From contig DHRG01000044.1 of assembly GCA_002408285.1 (NCBI GenBank), forward strand, positions 73,101 through 137,100: 64,000 bases of DNA, given 5' to 3'. Positions 47,923 to 56,873 of the stretch are shown here, piece after piece. Below the pieces are notes generated by a model. That model was not told the origin of the DNA. It made no database searches and saw only the letters and a program-made list of their open reading frames with translations. The position numbers were made by a program, and so were the translations under genes. Source of the stretch: Peptococcaceae bacterium UBA5318. GTDB taxonomy: Bacteria; Bacillota; Peptococcia; DRI-13; UBA5318. Positions within the stretch are counted from its first letter, which is position 1. Each line of letters opens with the position of its first letter.

Positions 47923-48282
47923 TTAAAAAGCATCGCGGATGAGTTCCAGCGATTTAATTTTTTGATTTTCATCAATAAGTACGCCAATCACGTCAAAGCG
48001 GCAATTTTTCTGCCATAATCCTTTTTCTTTCAGATAGCGGGCAGCCATGTTTCTTATTTTTTGCTGTTTGGCCCAGTTGACGGTTTCCTGGGGCAAACCA
48101 AAACGGGTCCCCTCCCGACTTCTCACTTCAACGAAGACCAGTTCCCCTTTGTCTTCGGCAATAATATCTATTTCTCCGAAACGCGAACGGTAGTTTCTTT
48201 CCAGGATATGAAATCCCTGATTTTGGAGATAACTTGCGGCGGCATTTTCAGCAAGGATCCCTATGCCGTTCTTATCCATCAA
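47923..48282 (-). CDS. yraN: YraN-family (UPF0102) endonuclease-like protein
   Basis: 119 aa with the motif GEIDIIAEDKGELVFVEVRSR, typical of UPF0102. Confidence 0.85.
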   Translation of the reverse strand: MMDKNGIGILAENAAASYLQNQGFHILERNYRSRFGEIDIIAEDKGELVFVEVRSREGTRFGLPQETVNWAKQQKIRNMAARYLKEKGLWQKNCRFDVIGVLIDENQKIKSLELIRDAF

Positions 48283-48312
48283 ACCACCTTTTTCTTTTCC
48301 TATCTGCCTAAA

Positions 48313-48945
48313 TTATACCATAAACCGCAAAAAACTTATCCTGTGAATGGGACAAGGTCCATAAATCCTTAAAGCCTCCAGATGACGGGGAGTTCCATAA
48401 CCCTTATTTTCCTTAAAACCGTACTGGGGATACAGATCATCCATGGCGATCATCAGGTCGTCACGGTATGTTTTCGCCATAATCGAAGCGCTGGCAATGG
48501 ACGCACACAGGCTATCCCCATGGATAACCGCTTCCTGCAGTATCGGCGCAGGGATCCGAAGGGCGTCGATCAGCAGATAATCCGGACGTTGCGAAGTATT
48601 ATTGACTGCTTCCACCATGGCTTTTTTCGTGGCTTGCAGAATATTGATCCGGTCGATTTCTTCATGGCCGACCAGACCGATCCCCCATGTCACAGCATGC
48701 TCTTTGATCAATTCCGCCAATTTATAGCGTAAGGCCGGAGCGACCTTTTTCGAGTCATTCAAGCCGGGCAGATATGTCTTGGGGGGTAAAACCACACAGG
48801 CGGCCACAACCGGTCCGGCCAAAGGCCCTCTGCCGACCTCGTCGATCCCGGCTATCATGGCGTATCCGCTCTCCTGCAAGGAACTCTCTTTCTCCCAGAG
48901 CCGCTGGAGCCGGCTTTCTTCATTTTCTTTCATCCTGGTCCACAC
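48313..48945 (-). CDS. rnhB: Ribonuclease HII
   Basis: Catalytic motif GIDEVGRGPLAGPVVAA and DSKK. 210 aa. Confidence 0.9.
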   Translation of the reverse strand: MWTRMKENEESRLQRLWEKESSLQESGYAMIAGIDEVGRGPLAGPVVAACVVLPPKTYLPGLNDSKKVAPALRYKLAELIKEHAVTWGIGLVGHEEIDRINILQATKKAMVEAVNNTSQRPDYLLIDALRIPAPILQEAVIHGDSLCASIASASIMAKTYRDDLMIAMDDLYPQYGFKENKGYGTPRHLEALRIYGPCPIHRISFLRFMV

Positions 48946-48977
48946 TCCTCATCGTTTCTATATCTTTATCCCTGAAC

Positions 48978-49829
48978 TCAAGGAGCCTGGTCTAAGGTAA
49001 AGAGCCCCAGCTTCCCCCCGCGAAATTCATCAAGCAGCATGATAGCCGTCTTGAGCTGATCGACCTCCCCTTTCAACCGTAAAAAACCGCGTTTTCTGCC
49101 TATTTCCCCGATAAGCGCCGGCGGATCGTTTGTTTCCGGCACACCATAACGGGCCTGTAATCTGCCGGGGGTATGTTCTACCATCCAGCCCAGCAGCCAG
49201 AAAACTACCTCCAGCGTATCATAAGCCTGCTCACCGATGGCGCCGGTTGCCGCTAACCTAAGTCCGACCTGAGGATCCTCGATCTTGGGCCATAGGAGTC
49301 CGGGCATATCCAAAAGCTCAATATCATTGGACAGACGTATCCATTGCTTCCCACGGGTGATCCCCGGTTTATCACCTGTTTCCGCCGCACCTTTCCCGGC
49401 CAGAAAATTAATCAGGGTCGACTTGCCGACATTGGGAATGCCCACCACCATAATACGGACTGTTTTATTGAGGATCCCCTTTTTTTGCTTTTTCTCCAGC
49501 ATGGGCCAAGCAAGCTTACGAATTAAGGCCAGGAGGTCTTTTTTTACCTCGCGCCCTCCTTTTGTAAAGCTAGCCGGCAATACGGCAAGCCCTTTTTGCC
49601 CGTATTCCTTGACCCATATTTTAGTCGTCGTTTTATCGGCCAGATCTTCTTTTGTCAGAACCAATAAGCGGGGCTTTTCACCGATCATTTCGTTTAACAG
49701 CGGATTGCGGCTGCTCTCCGGCACTCTGGCGTCCGCAAGTTCTAATACCACGTCGGCCAGTTTGAGGTTTTCGGCGATCATACGTTTCGCCTTTGTCATA
49801 TGACCAGGAAACCATTGAACTTGTTCCAC
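48978..49829 (-). CDS. rbgA: Ribosome biogenesis GTPase A (YlqF/RbgA)
   Basis: Circularly permuted GTPase (QWFPGHMTKAKR ... NKEDL-type TKEDL ... GIPNVGKST). The GTG start at 49829 is preceded by AAGGAG. The longer track start would overlap lepB. Confidence 0.88.
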   Translation of the reverse strand: MEQVQWFPGHMTKAKRMIAENLKLADVVLELADARVPESSRNPLLNEMIGEKPRLLVLTKEDLADKTTTKIWVKEYGQKGLAVLPASFTKGGREVKKDLLALIRKLAWPMLEKKQKKGILNKTVRIMVVGIPNVGKSTLINFLAGKGAAETGDKPGITRGKQWIRLSNDIELLDMPGLLWPKIEDPQVGLRLAATGAIGEQAYDTLEVVFWLLGWMVEHTPGRLQARYGVPETNDPPALIGEIGRKRGFLRLKGEVDQLKTAIMLLDEFRGGKLGLFTLDQAP

Positions 49830-49843
49830 GAAAGAATCACTCC

Positions 49844-50377
49844 TTACTGAATTACGGATAGCCGTGAAAACGGCCAAAACCGGTAACATGCTTCCCCTAT
49901 AATCAGATTACGGGGTAAAAATCCCCATACCCTGCTATCCTGGCTTCCTTCCCTGCTATCCCCCATCATAAAGTAGTGTCCCGGAGGGACCTCCACCGGC
50001 CCGTAATCCGGCATCGGTTGAGCAGCCGCCAAATAGGGTTCCGTTAATACCGCCCCATTCAGATTAAGCGTATTATCCTTGATTTCCACCTTATCCCCCG
50101 GAAGACCGATCACTCTCTTCACAAAATGTACCCGCTGATCCAAAGGATATTTGAAAACAAGGATATCTCCTCTTTTCGGTTCCGTTAAAAGATATCTCGC
50201 TTTATTGGCTACGATCCCATCCCCCACCATTAATTGAGGTTCCATGGAAGGGGTAGGTATCCAATAGAGTTGAATAATGAACGTCCTAATAAGCACTGCC
50301 GCGAGCAATGCGAACAAAATCGGTCCAACCGTCCCCCAGCGGGCTTTTCTTAGTTGCTTATCAGGCTTTTTCAGCAT
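49844..50377 (-). CDS. lepB: Signal peptidase I
   Basis: N-terminal TM segment, catalytic SM(E/Q)P motif (PTPSMEPQL), KRVIGLPGD and GDSREGSQDSR boxes. Confidence 0.88.
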   Translation of the reverse strand: MLKKPDKQLRKARWGTVGPILFALLAAVLIRTFIIQLYWIPTPSMEPQLMVGDGIVANKARYLLTEPKRGDILVFKYPLDQRVHFVKRVIGLPGDKVEIKDNTLNLNGAVLTEPYLAAAQPMPDYGPVEVPPGHYFMMGDSREGSQDSRVWGFLPRNLIIGEACYRFWPFSRLSVIQ

Positions 50378-50423
50378 GATCCATCACTCCATCTGTCTTG
50401 CGCCTAGTTATAAACCTAGTTAT

Positions 50424-50449
50424 AAAGGGACTGACAATGCAGTCCCTTT
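50424..50449 (-). terminator. Hairpin between rplS and lepB (possible terminator or attenuator with a weak T-tail)
   Basis: 10-bp perfect stem aaagggactg / cagtcccttt with a 6-nt loop, 13 nt after the rplS stop. Only TTT-A follows on the minus strand. Confidence 0.4.
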
Positions 50450-50461
50450 GATATGATGCTT

Positions 50462-50803
50462 CTATGATCTTTCTTTAATTCTGGCAGCTTTACCCGACCT
50501 TTGACGGAGGTAATAAAGCTTCGCTCTCCGAACGCGCCCCTTGCGAACCACCTCAATTTTACCCAGTCTTGGCGAATGCAACAGGAAGCAACGTTCTACT
50601 CCAACGCCATATGAAACGCGGCGGACTGTAAAGGTTTCGCTTAACCCTCCGCCTCTTTTTTTAATGACGATCCCCATAAAGATTTGTATTCTTTCCCTGG
50701 CGCCTTCAACAACTTTTACATGAACCCTTACTGTATCACCGGCTCTGAATTCCGGAATATCTGAACGTAGTTGTTCTGTTTCAATACTTTTGATCAGATC
50801 CAT
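50462..50803 (-). CDS. rplS: 50S ribosomal protein L19
   Basis: 113 aa. [16 protein letters not shown] ... RRAKLYYLR is characteristic of L19. Confidence 0.95.
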   Translation of the reverse strand: MDLIKSIETEQLRSDIPEFRAGDTVRVHVKVVEGARERIQIFMGIVIKKRGGGLSETFTVRRVSYGVGVERCFLLHSPRLGKIEVVRKGRVRRAKLYYLRQRSGKAARIKERS

Positions 50804-50929
50804 ACAAAATCCCTCCTTCCCGCGTAGATGTTCTTATCCTGCACTTCTTCTCAGAACAGCGGACCATCCGTTTTGACCCCTCAAAAGGGATACACAACCG
50901 TCATGTATTATATCATACCAACCGGTGTT

Positions 50930-51535
50930 TCAACAACTTTTTTCCCACCATTTTTCTCCCAACAGCCGGTCTAAAATAATAGCGACAGCGCTTCTCACTG
51001 AGAGATGGTTATAAGCCCCCCGCCCATAAACAGGTTCCAACACATAATCGGCGCTTTCCATGACCTCTCGGATTATCCCCCAACCTGTACCAAACAGAAG
51101 CAGGAAATTGCGGTCATCCTCCCGTTCCAAGATAGTACGCATCTTAGCATAGGAAATTGTTTGGGGATAAGCCCTGGCGTCCGTGACAATTGTAGAAACA
51201 GGCCGCCCGGTAGCCTTTTGGATATCTTCCCGGACTTCTTTGATGGAATCCTTTAGAAGTATCCTGTCCAAGGCGGTCTTACGGTCCGAATTGTAGACGG
51301 CTCCATAGCCCTTCTGCCAATAATCAAGGATTTCCTGGGCCAGCTGATGCTGTGCCGGCAGGGGATGGATCAGGTAATAACGTTCCGCCTGAAAAGTCAT
51401 AACGCAGCGGGCTATATCATGGATATCCAAGTTTGTAATGGAGGTAGTGATCGTTTCCATATTTTTATTATATATAGGGTAATGCACCAGACCCACAAAA
51501 ATATTGTTACGCATGGTCAGATTTCTCCTCATCAT
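50930..51535 (-). CDS. SPOUT-type putative RNA methyltransferase (Methyltrn_RNA_4 / DUF2168-like)
   Basis: About 195 aa. The segment VGLVHYPIYNKNMETITTSITNLDIHDIAR and C-terminal LSVRSAVAIILDRL match my recollection of this family. The start could be 51535 or 51514, and either overlaps the trmD 3' end. Confidence 0.6.
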   Translation of the reverse strand: MMRRNLTMRNNIFVGLVHYPIYNKNMETITTSITNLDIHDIARCVMTFQAERYYLIHPLPAQHQLAQEILDYWQKGYGAVYNSDRKTALDRILLKDSIKEVREDIQKATGRPVSTIVTDARAYPQTISYAKMRTILEREDDRNFLLLFGTGWGIIREVMESADYVLEPVYGRGAYNHLSVRSAVAIILDRLLGEKWWEKSC

Positions 51536-52256
51536 CCGGTAGGGCCAATAATACTTTATCTTCTTCAGTTAAAGTGATTTTATCAAGAAGCTCGGGACGG
51601 CGCCGGCGTGTCCTCCGCAAAGATTCCTTGCGCCGCCAAATCCTGATCTGCTCATGGTTTCCGGAGATAAGGACGTCCGGTACGGCCACACCGCGGTAAA
51701 CACGCGGACGCGTAAAATGGGGGTATTCTAACAGCCCGTTATAAAAAGAGTCGTCCTGGGCGGAATCTTCTTCTCCCAGCACACCCGGTATCAGGCGCGA
51801 AACGGCATCAATGACCACCATGGCGGGAAGTTCTCCCCCTGTCAGGACGTAATCGCCGATTGATATTTCTAAGTCGGCCAAGGCCCTTACTCTCTCGTCA
51901 AAACCCTCATAATGCCCGCATATAAAGGCCAGGTTTTCTTCTTTAGCCAAATCTTTGGCAAGCTCTTGCCGAAAAGGAAGGCCTTGGGGTGAGAGGATGA
52001 TGATTTTGCCGCGGTATTGGCCTGGGATTCCCAAATTTGCTTCCACCGCGTTATAAATAGGCTCCGGTTTCAACACCATTCCGGCCCCCCCTCCAAAGGG
52101 ACTATCGTCAACATTTTTGTGCTTGGACGGTGAATAGGGCCGAAAATCAACGATTTTTGTACTGATCAAGCCATTCTCCTGAGCCCTTTTTAAAATACTG
52201 GTATGAAGCGGCCCCTGAAACATTTCGGGAAAGATGGTAAAAATGGTGATTTCCAT
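51507..52256 (-). CDS. trmD: tRNA (guanine37-N1)-methyltransferase
   Basis: 249 aa with full-length TrmD similarity (IFTIFPEMF ... GGGAGMV ... CGHYEGFDERV ... ISIGDYVLTGGELPAM). Confidence 0.95.
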   Translation of the reverse strand: MEITIFTIFPEMFQGPLHTSILKRAQENGLISTKIVDFRPYSPSKHKNVDDSPFGGGAGMVLKPEPIYNAVEANLGIPGQYRGKIIILSPQGLPFRQELAKDLAKEENLAFICGHYEGFDERVRALADLEISIGDYVLTGGELPAMVVIDAVSRLIPGVLGEEDSAQDDSFYNGLLEYPHFTRPRVYRGVAVPDVLISGNHEQIRIWRRKESLRRTRRRRPELLDKITLTEEDKVLLALPDDEEKSDHA

Positions 52257-52265
52257 ATTTCCTCC

Positions 52266-52778
52266 CTATTCCAACAAACCGGGGAGGGGTGTAATCTCCA
52301 TCCGGCTATTTTGTAAATCTATTTTAGTTACCACCTGCTTTAGAGCGGGGATCAGGATATCTTTCCCTTGCCCCGTTGAAGGTTCCACCACATAGACGTC
52401 GTTGCTGCCCGTCTTTAAAACATCTTTTACTTTTCCCAGTAAAGTGTCGCCGTTATATACCGCAAGACCAAGCAACTGAAAAATATAGTATTGTCCCTCA
52501 GGCAAGGGTTTTACTTCTTCGAGAGGAATCTGCAGATACAGCCCTTTAAGTTTTTCAGCCTGGTTCATATCGGCAATTTCTTTTAAAGTTATCAACACCA
52601 TGCCCTTATGGACCCTAACCTTACGGATGTGATATGCACGAAGGTCTTCATTTTCTCCAATATAAATACGGGATAATTCGTCAAACCGTTGATAATCATC
52701 CGTCAGCGGAAAAATTTTGAGTTCGCCCAAGTGACCATGGGTATTGACGATCTGCCCGATTTGTATGTATCTAAGCAT
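52266..52778 (-). CDS. rimM: 16S rRNA processing protein RimM
   Basis: 170 aa with an N-terminal GxIVNTHGHLGELKI motif and a PRC-barrel C-terminus. Confidence 0.9.
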   Translation of the reverse strand: MLRYIQIGQIVNTHGHLGELKIFPLTDDYQRFDELSRIYIGENEDLRAYHIRKVRVHKGMVLITLKEIADMNQAEKLKGLYLQIPLEEVKPLPEGQYYIFQLLGLAVYNGDTLLGKVKDVLKTGSNDVYVVEPSTGQGKDILIPALKQVVTKIDLQNSRMEITPLPGLLE

Positions 52779-52784
52779 CGGCCC

Positions 52785-53183
52785 CTACCTCAACTCGACA
52801 ACTAAGCCGTCTTTGATGACAATTTCCTGGGTAAAAAGGTCTTCCCAATTCATTCCTATCTCAACTTCCGCGGGTCCGTCCACTTCTCCTTGCAATACTT
52901 CCACCCCTTCTTGCAGGGCGCCGACCTTTTTTATCTGGTCAATGAACCCGTTTTTGGCGTCTTCCCTCTTCTTCTTCTCCCATTCCAGTTGTTCACGTAC
53001 CGACTGAACCTGGGGTGAGGCTTTGAGGGTTAATTCTGTAATTGTTTTCTTTGTTCTCTGTTCGATAAAGCTTATTTCTGCATCCAGCTTTTTGATGTTT
53101 TCCTGTAATTCCGCCGCTAAAGCCTCTTTAAATTGTTCTGTAACAACAACCTTTACTTGGATTTTCCTATGCACCGTAACCAT
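52785..53183 (-). CDS. ylqD: YlqD-family protein
   Basis: Position between the KH protein and rimM matches B. subtilis ylqC-ylqD-rimM. Coiled, charged sequence. ATG 53183 is preferred to avoid overlap with the KH gene. Confidence 0.55.
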   Translation of the reverse strand: MVTVHRKIQVKVVVTEQFKEALAAELQENIKKLDAEISFIEQRTKKTITELTLKASPQVQSVREQLEWEKKKREDAKNGFIDQIKKVGALQEGVEVLQGEVDGPAEVEIGMNWEDLFTQEIVIKDGLVVELR

Positions 53184-53265
53184 TACAGAGCCCCCTTCCC
53201 ATTTTTTGCCTATAATGTCTTCACAAGACCGTCTGTTTTTATGCAAAGAGAGGCCACAGGCCCCT

Positions 53266-53499
53266 CTACTGCATGATGTCAACTATAATTTTTTTGTTTT
53301 CGTCTTTTGCAGCCGCCGCCCTGACAACAGTTCGAATTGCCTTGGCAATCCGGCCTTGTTTGCCAATGACCTTTCCCATATCTTCGGGAGCCACCCGCAA
53401 CTCGATCACAATAGAATAATCGTCTTCATGGCTCGTAACGCTGACTGATTCCGGAAGATCCACCAAGGCCCGGGCCAAAAACTCCACGAGTTCCCTCAT
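53266..53499 (-). CDS. ylqC: KH-domain RNA-binding protein (YlqC / UPF0109)
   Basis: GKVIGKQGRIAKAIRTVV is the KH GxxG motif. ATG 53499 has AAGGTGG 8 nt upstream. Confidence 0.8.
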   Translation of the reverse strand: MRELVEFLARALVDLPESVSVTSHEDDYSIVIELRVAPEDMGKVIGKQGRIAKAIRTVVRAAAAKDENKKIIVDIMQ

Positions 53500-53524
53500 A
53501 TTTCCAACCACCTTCTTCTTACGG

Positions 53525-53782
53525 TTATTCGCTAAGTTTCGCGATAATACCAGCCTTGTTCAGTAAAGACTTGGCAGTTTCAGAAGGCTGTGCCCCTACT
53601 TTTAGCCAATGTAAAGCTCTTTCCTCGTTGATTTGCATAACTATCGGGTTTTTTGCCGGATTATAATAACCAATTTCTTCAATGAAACGCCCATCCCGCG
53701 GGTAACGGGAATCTGCAACCACCACACGGTAAAAAGGGTCTTTTTTGCCACCCATTCTTCTAAGTCGAATCCGAGTTGCCAT
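53525..53782 (-). CDS. rpsP: 30S ribosomal protein S16
   Basis: [26 protein letters not shown] is characteristic of S16. Confidence 0.95.
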   Translation of the reverse strand: MATRIRLRRMGGKKDPFYRVVVADSRYPRDGRFIEEIGYYNPAKNPIVMQINEERALHWLKVGAQPSETAKSLLNKAGIIAKLSE

Positions 53783-53821
53783 ATATTCACCTCCTTAGGT
53801 TAATATCTAAATAAATTTCTT

Positions 53822-55171
53822 TTATTTGAAAAAAGGAAACTTTAATCCGCCTTTTTTTCCTTTTCCCGAATACTGCATCTGAGAAAATTGTTTGAGCATT
53901 TTTTGGGTTTGCGCAAACTGTTTTAAAAGCCTGTTTACTTCCTGTACGGACGTCCCGCTTCCCACTGCGATCCTTTTTCTCCGGCTGCCGTTCAAGATTT
54001 CGGGACGGCGCCGCTCATCATTAGTCATAGATTGCACAATAGCTTCGGTGTGTTTGATATCCTTATCATTGATCTCAACGCCTTTAAGAGCATTATTCTG
54101 GCTCAAGCCGGGTATCATATCCATGATCTGATTCATAGGTCCTATTTTCTTCATCTGCTGGATCTGCTCCAGGAAATCTTCCAGGGTAAATTCGTTCTTG
54201 CGCAGTTTCTTTTCCAGCTCTTCCGCTTTTTTGGCGTCAAACTGGGTCTGGGCTTTCTCAATCAGGGTCAAAACGTCGCCCATCCCCAGGATCCGCGAAG
54301 ACATGCGATCCGGATAAAATGGTTCCAGCGCATCCAGTTTTTCGCCCATCCCCGCAAATTTGATGGGTTTACCGGTGACAGCTTTAACAGATAAAGCCGC
54401 CCCGCCCCGGGTATCCCCGTCTAGTTTGGTTAAGACGACCCCATCCAAACCCAAATCCCGGTTAAAAGATTCCGCCACATTGACGGCATCCTGTCCGGTC
54501 ATGGAATCGACGACCAGAAGGATTTCATGAGGATGACACTGGGCTTTGATTTGCGCCAGCTCGGCCATCATGGCTTCATCAATATGCAGCCGCCCGGCTG
54601 TATCAAGGATGACCGGGTCAAACCCCTGCTTTTCGGCATGGATTTTGGCCGCTTTAGCAATATCCACCGGACTTGTCTGGTCACCCATAGAAAACACGGG
54701 GACCGCCAGTTGCTCGCCCAATACCTGCAACTGTTTAATGGCGGCGGGCCGGTAAACATCACAGGCTGCCAGCAGGGGGCTTTTGCCCTGCTTTTTCAGG
54801 TAGCGGGCCAGCTTACCGCTGGAAGTCGTTTTCCCGGAGCCCTGCAGACCGACCATCATAATCATGGTCGGCGGCTTAGAAGCGCTATTAAGCTTGCTCT
54901 GCGTCCCCCCCATCAGCCCGGTCATTTCTTCATGTACGATTTTAATGACCTGCTGCCCGGGAGTCAGGCTCTCCAATACCCCGGAACCGATAGCCCGTTC
55001 TTTGATGCTGTTAACAAATTCTTTGACAACCTTATAACTGACATCCGCCTCGAGCAGCGCTATCCTCACTTCCCGCAGGGCGTCCGTCACATCTTTTTCC
55101 GTAAGTTTGCCCTTGCCGCGTAGTTGCTTAAAGACTTTTTGCAGTTTTTCCGCGAGGTTTTCAAAGGCCAT
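53822..55171 (-). CDS. ffh: Signal recognition particle protein Ffh
   Basis: MAFENLAEKLQ N-terminus, G-domain GLQGSGKTT, DTAGR, TKLDGD, and a methionine-rich M domain. ATG 55171 has AGGTGA upstream. Confidence 0.95.
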   Translation of the reverse strand: MAFENLAEKLQKVFKQLRGKGKLTEKDVTDALREVRIALLEADVSYKVVKEFVNSIKERAIGSGVLESLTPGQQVIKIVHEEMTGLMGGTQSKLNSASKPPTMIMMVGLQGSGKTTSSGKLARYLKKQGKSPLLAACDVYRPAAIKQLQVLGEQLAVPVFSMGDQTSPVDIAKAAKIHAEKQGFDPVILDTAGRLHIDEAMMAELAQIKAQCHPHEILLVVDSMTGQDAVNVAESFNRDLGLDGVVLTKLDGDTRGGAALSVKAVTGKPIKFAGMGEKLDALEPFYPDRMSSRILGMGDVLTLIEKAQTQFDAKKAEELEKKLRKNEFTLEDFLEQIQQMKKIGPMNQIMDMIPGLSQNNALKGVEINDKDIKHTEAIVQSMTNDERRRPEILNGSRRKRIAVGSGTSVQEVNRLLKQFAQTQKMLKQFSQMQYSGKGKKGGLKFPFFK

Positions 55172-55180
55172 TACTTTCAC

Positions 55181-55525
55181 CTACCAGATGTCTTCAATTT
55201 TATTAATTAATAAGAACAGATCATGCAAGCCGATATCCGGGTGTTTCTCGCTCACCCGGACCATAAGCGTCCTGACTTCCCGCAGCAGTTTATTGTGCTC
55301 TTCGTATTTTTTGACCAGCTCAAGTTTTTCTTCATAAGTATTCAGCGCTTCATCCGATCTCTTCAACAGATCATAAACTGCCTGACGGGAAACGCCCTGT
55401 TCCTTAGCGATCTCCCCCAGGGACAAATCCTTTTGGTAATACCAGTCATATATTTCCCGTTGTTTAGGAGTTAATAGCGCACCATAAAAATCAAACAAGA
55501 CGGCGCGCCAGGCCATTTCATCCAT
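55181..55525 (-). CDS. ylxM: YlxM (UPF0122) putative SRP-associated HTH protein
   Basis: 114 aa. LFDFYGALLTPKQREIYDWYYQKDLSLGEIA is typical of YlxM. Located upstream of ffh as in Bacillus. Confidence 0.85.
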   Translation of the reverse strand: MDEMAWRAVLFDFYGALLTPKQREIYDWYYQKDLSLGEIAKEQGVSRQAVYDLLKRSDEALNTYEEKLELVKKYEEHNKLLREVRTLMVRVSEKHPDIGLHDLFLLINKIEDIW

Positions 55526-55560
55526 CCGGAAGCACTCCCTTGGTTGTTAAGGCTTTTTAC

Positions 55561-55881
55561 TTAACAGACAATATTGTACCCTGTAAGCAACCTTCTTGTC
55601 AAGACACGGTCGGTGGGGTCAATGTATTTGCCTGCCTGGTTGTCGGTTATGGAGAATGTAAATCCATCCGCGGTGGTTACGGTTAGTTTGTCCCCCTGCC
55701 CCGGTGTATAGGTCAGTATTACGCTGGTATAGTAGGGGTCTTTGGCGGCTTCGGTATTTGCCCCCGGCTCATGTTCGCTATAAGGTAGGAAATTAGCTTC
55801 TTCAGGCGAGGGTTCCATGCAAGAAAACGCGGGGGCCCCCATCCCCGCCTGGGGTGGAACCCTCGCTTTCTTCAGTCGCAA
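55561..55881 (-). other. Open frame of doubtful coding value, flanking and entering the IS3 end (possible decayed gene remnant)
   Basis: Its N-terminal codons lie inside the IS3 terminal repeat, so the ORF as drawn cannot be a native gene. There is no RBS and I recognise no family. Confidence 0.15.
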
Positions 55882-56873
55882 ATTTCTTTGAACAATGGCT
55901 CAAAATCGCCGGAAGGGCAAATATCTTCACCCATGTAAGATTTGGCAGATTCAGGAGGAAAAGCGTGAAAGTGGGATTTGCTTGGCGTAACCAAGCCACT
56001 GATTCTTGCTTTGAAAGAAATCAAATTACACAAAATATTCCGCAGACCCATATACCAGAACACAGCCTTCTTGGCCTCATCCCGTGTTCTGAAATGAAAA
56101 TCGTTCAGGTACTCCTGCTTCAGCTTCCCCCAGAAGCTCTCCATCGGCGCGTTATCCCAACAATTCCCTTTACGACTCATGGAACAGATGAAGCCGTACT
56201 CGCGGAGTAGTTCCTGGTATTCCTTAGAGCAGTACTGGCTCCCACGGTCAGAATGCAACAGCACGCCTTTGGGGTTCCTGCGCCGCAGGCGAGCCTGCTT
56301 TAGGCAATCCACGACGAGGCCCTTCGTCATTCTTTCACCCATGGACCATCCTGCGACTTCACGGCCGCAGAGGTCTAAGATACCGGCTAGGTACAGCCAG
56401 CCCTCGTCTGTCGGGATATATGTTATATCGCTTACCCACTTCTTGTTCGGCCTATCTGCGGTGAAGTCCCGGTTCAATATGTTTTCGGCCACCGGAAGGT
56501 CATGTTTGGAGTTCGTCGTCGCCTTGTATTTCTTGACCGTCTTCGATTTCCATTTGTTCTCCCGCATGATCTTGGCCACGGCCTTCGTGTTGACCGGCTT
56601 AGCCTCTGTCGAGAGCTTCGCTGCGATTTTTTTCGCTCCCGATATCTGCTTGTTGCTGAAGAACTCTTCCTTTACCTGTGTTATCAGTTCGCGCCGTCGC
56701 CGGCTCCGTTTGCTTTCAGGGCGGTTATCCCATGCGTAATACCCTGGTCTTGACACGTCCAGTATCTCGCACAGCTTTGCAACCCTAAACCTCTTGTCCT
56801 CTCCTACGGTGGCCTTGATGAACCCGTACTTCTCTACTTTTGGTGCTTTGCAAAGTAGGCCGCCGCTTTTTTT
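55872..56873 (-). CDS. IS3-family transposase OrfB (DDE integrase), expressed by -1 frameshift from orfA
   Basis: The track ORF 55872-56756 carries the rve-type core (SDITYI ... HSDRGSQY ... NAPMESFW). The same frame stays open upstream to the A7 slippery run at 56867-56873, reading SGGLLCKAPKVEKYGFIKATVGEDKRFRVAKLCEILDVSRPGYYAW. Confidence 0.85.
   Translation of the reverse strand, partial: KKSGGLLCKAPKVEKYGFIKATVGEDKRFRVAKLCEILDVSRPGYYAWDNRPESKRSRRRRELITQVKEEFFSNKQISGAKKIAAKLSTEAKPVNTKAVAKIMRENKWKSKTVKKYKATTNSKHDLPVAENILNRDFTADRPNKKWVSDITYIPTDEGWLYLAGILDLCGREVAGWSMGERMTKGLVVDCLKQARLRRRNPKGVLLHSDRGSQYCSKEYQELLREYGFICSMSRKGNCWDNAPMESFWGKLKQEYLNDFHFRTRDEAKKAVFWYMGLRNILCNLISFKARISGLVTPSKSHFHAFPPESAKSYMGEDICPSGDFEPLFKEICD

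Noticed and set aside
54527-55123. 198-aa plus-strand ORF inside ffh, and similar antisense ORFs in pstS (1617-2108), atpD (2412-3017), gcvPB-like (30570-31115), hyuB/hyuA (39573-40016, 40896-41375) and IS3 orfB (56179-56739)
   Set aside because: All lie opposite strongly supported conserved genes and have biased, non-protein-like composition. No independent support exists.
55561-55881. 106-aa ORF considered as an orphan RHS tip or immunity gene (KYIDPTDRVLTRRL vaguely recalls the RHS RYYDPxxGRF motif)
   Set aside because: Its first codons lie within the IS3 terminal repeat, so the ORF is chimeric. The similarity is only a few residues and there is no RBS. Kept only as a doubtful remnant.
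55802-55999. 65-aa minus-strand ORF spanning the IS3 right end
   Set aside because: It overlaps the 3' end of orfB and the IS terminal repeat in another frame. It is most likely spurious.
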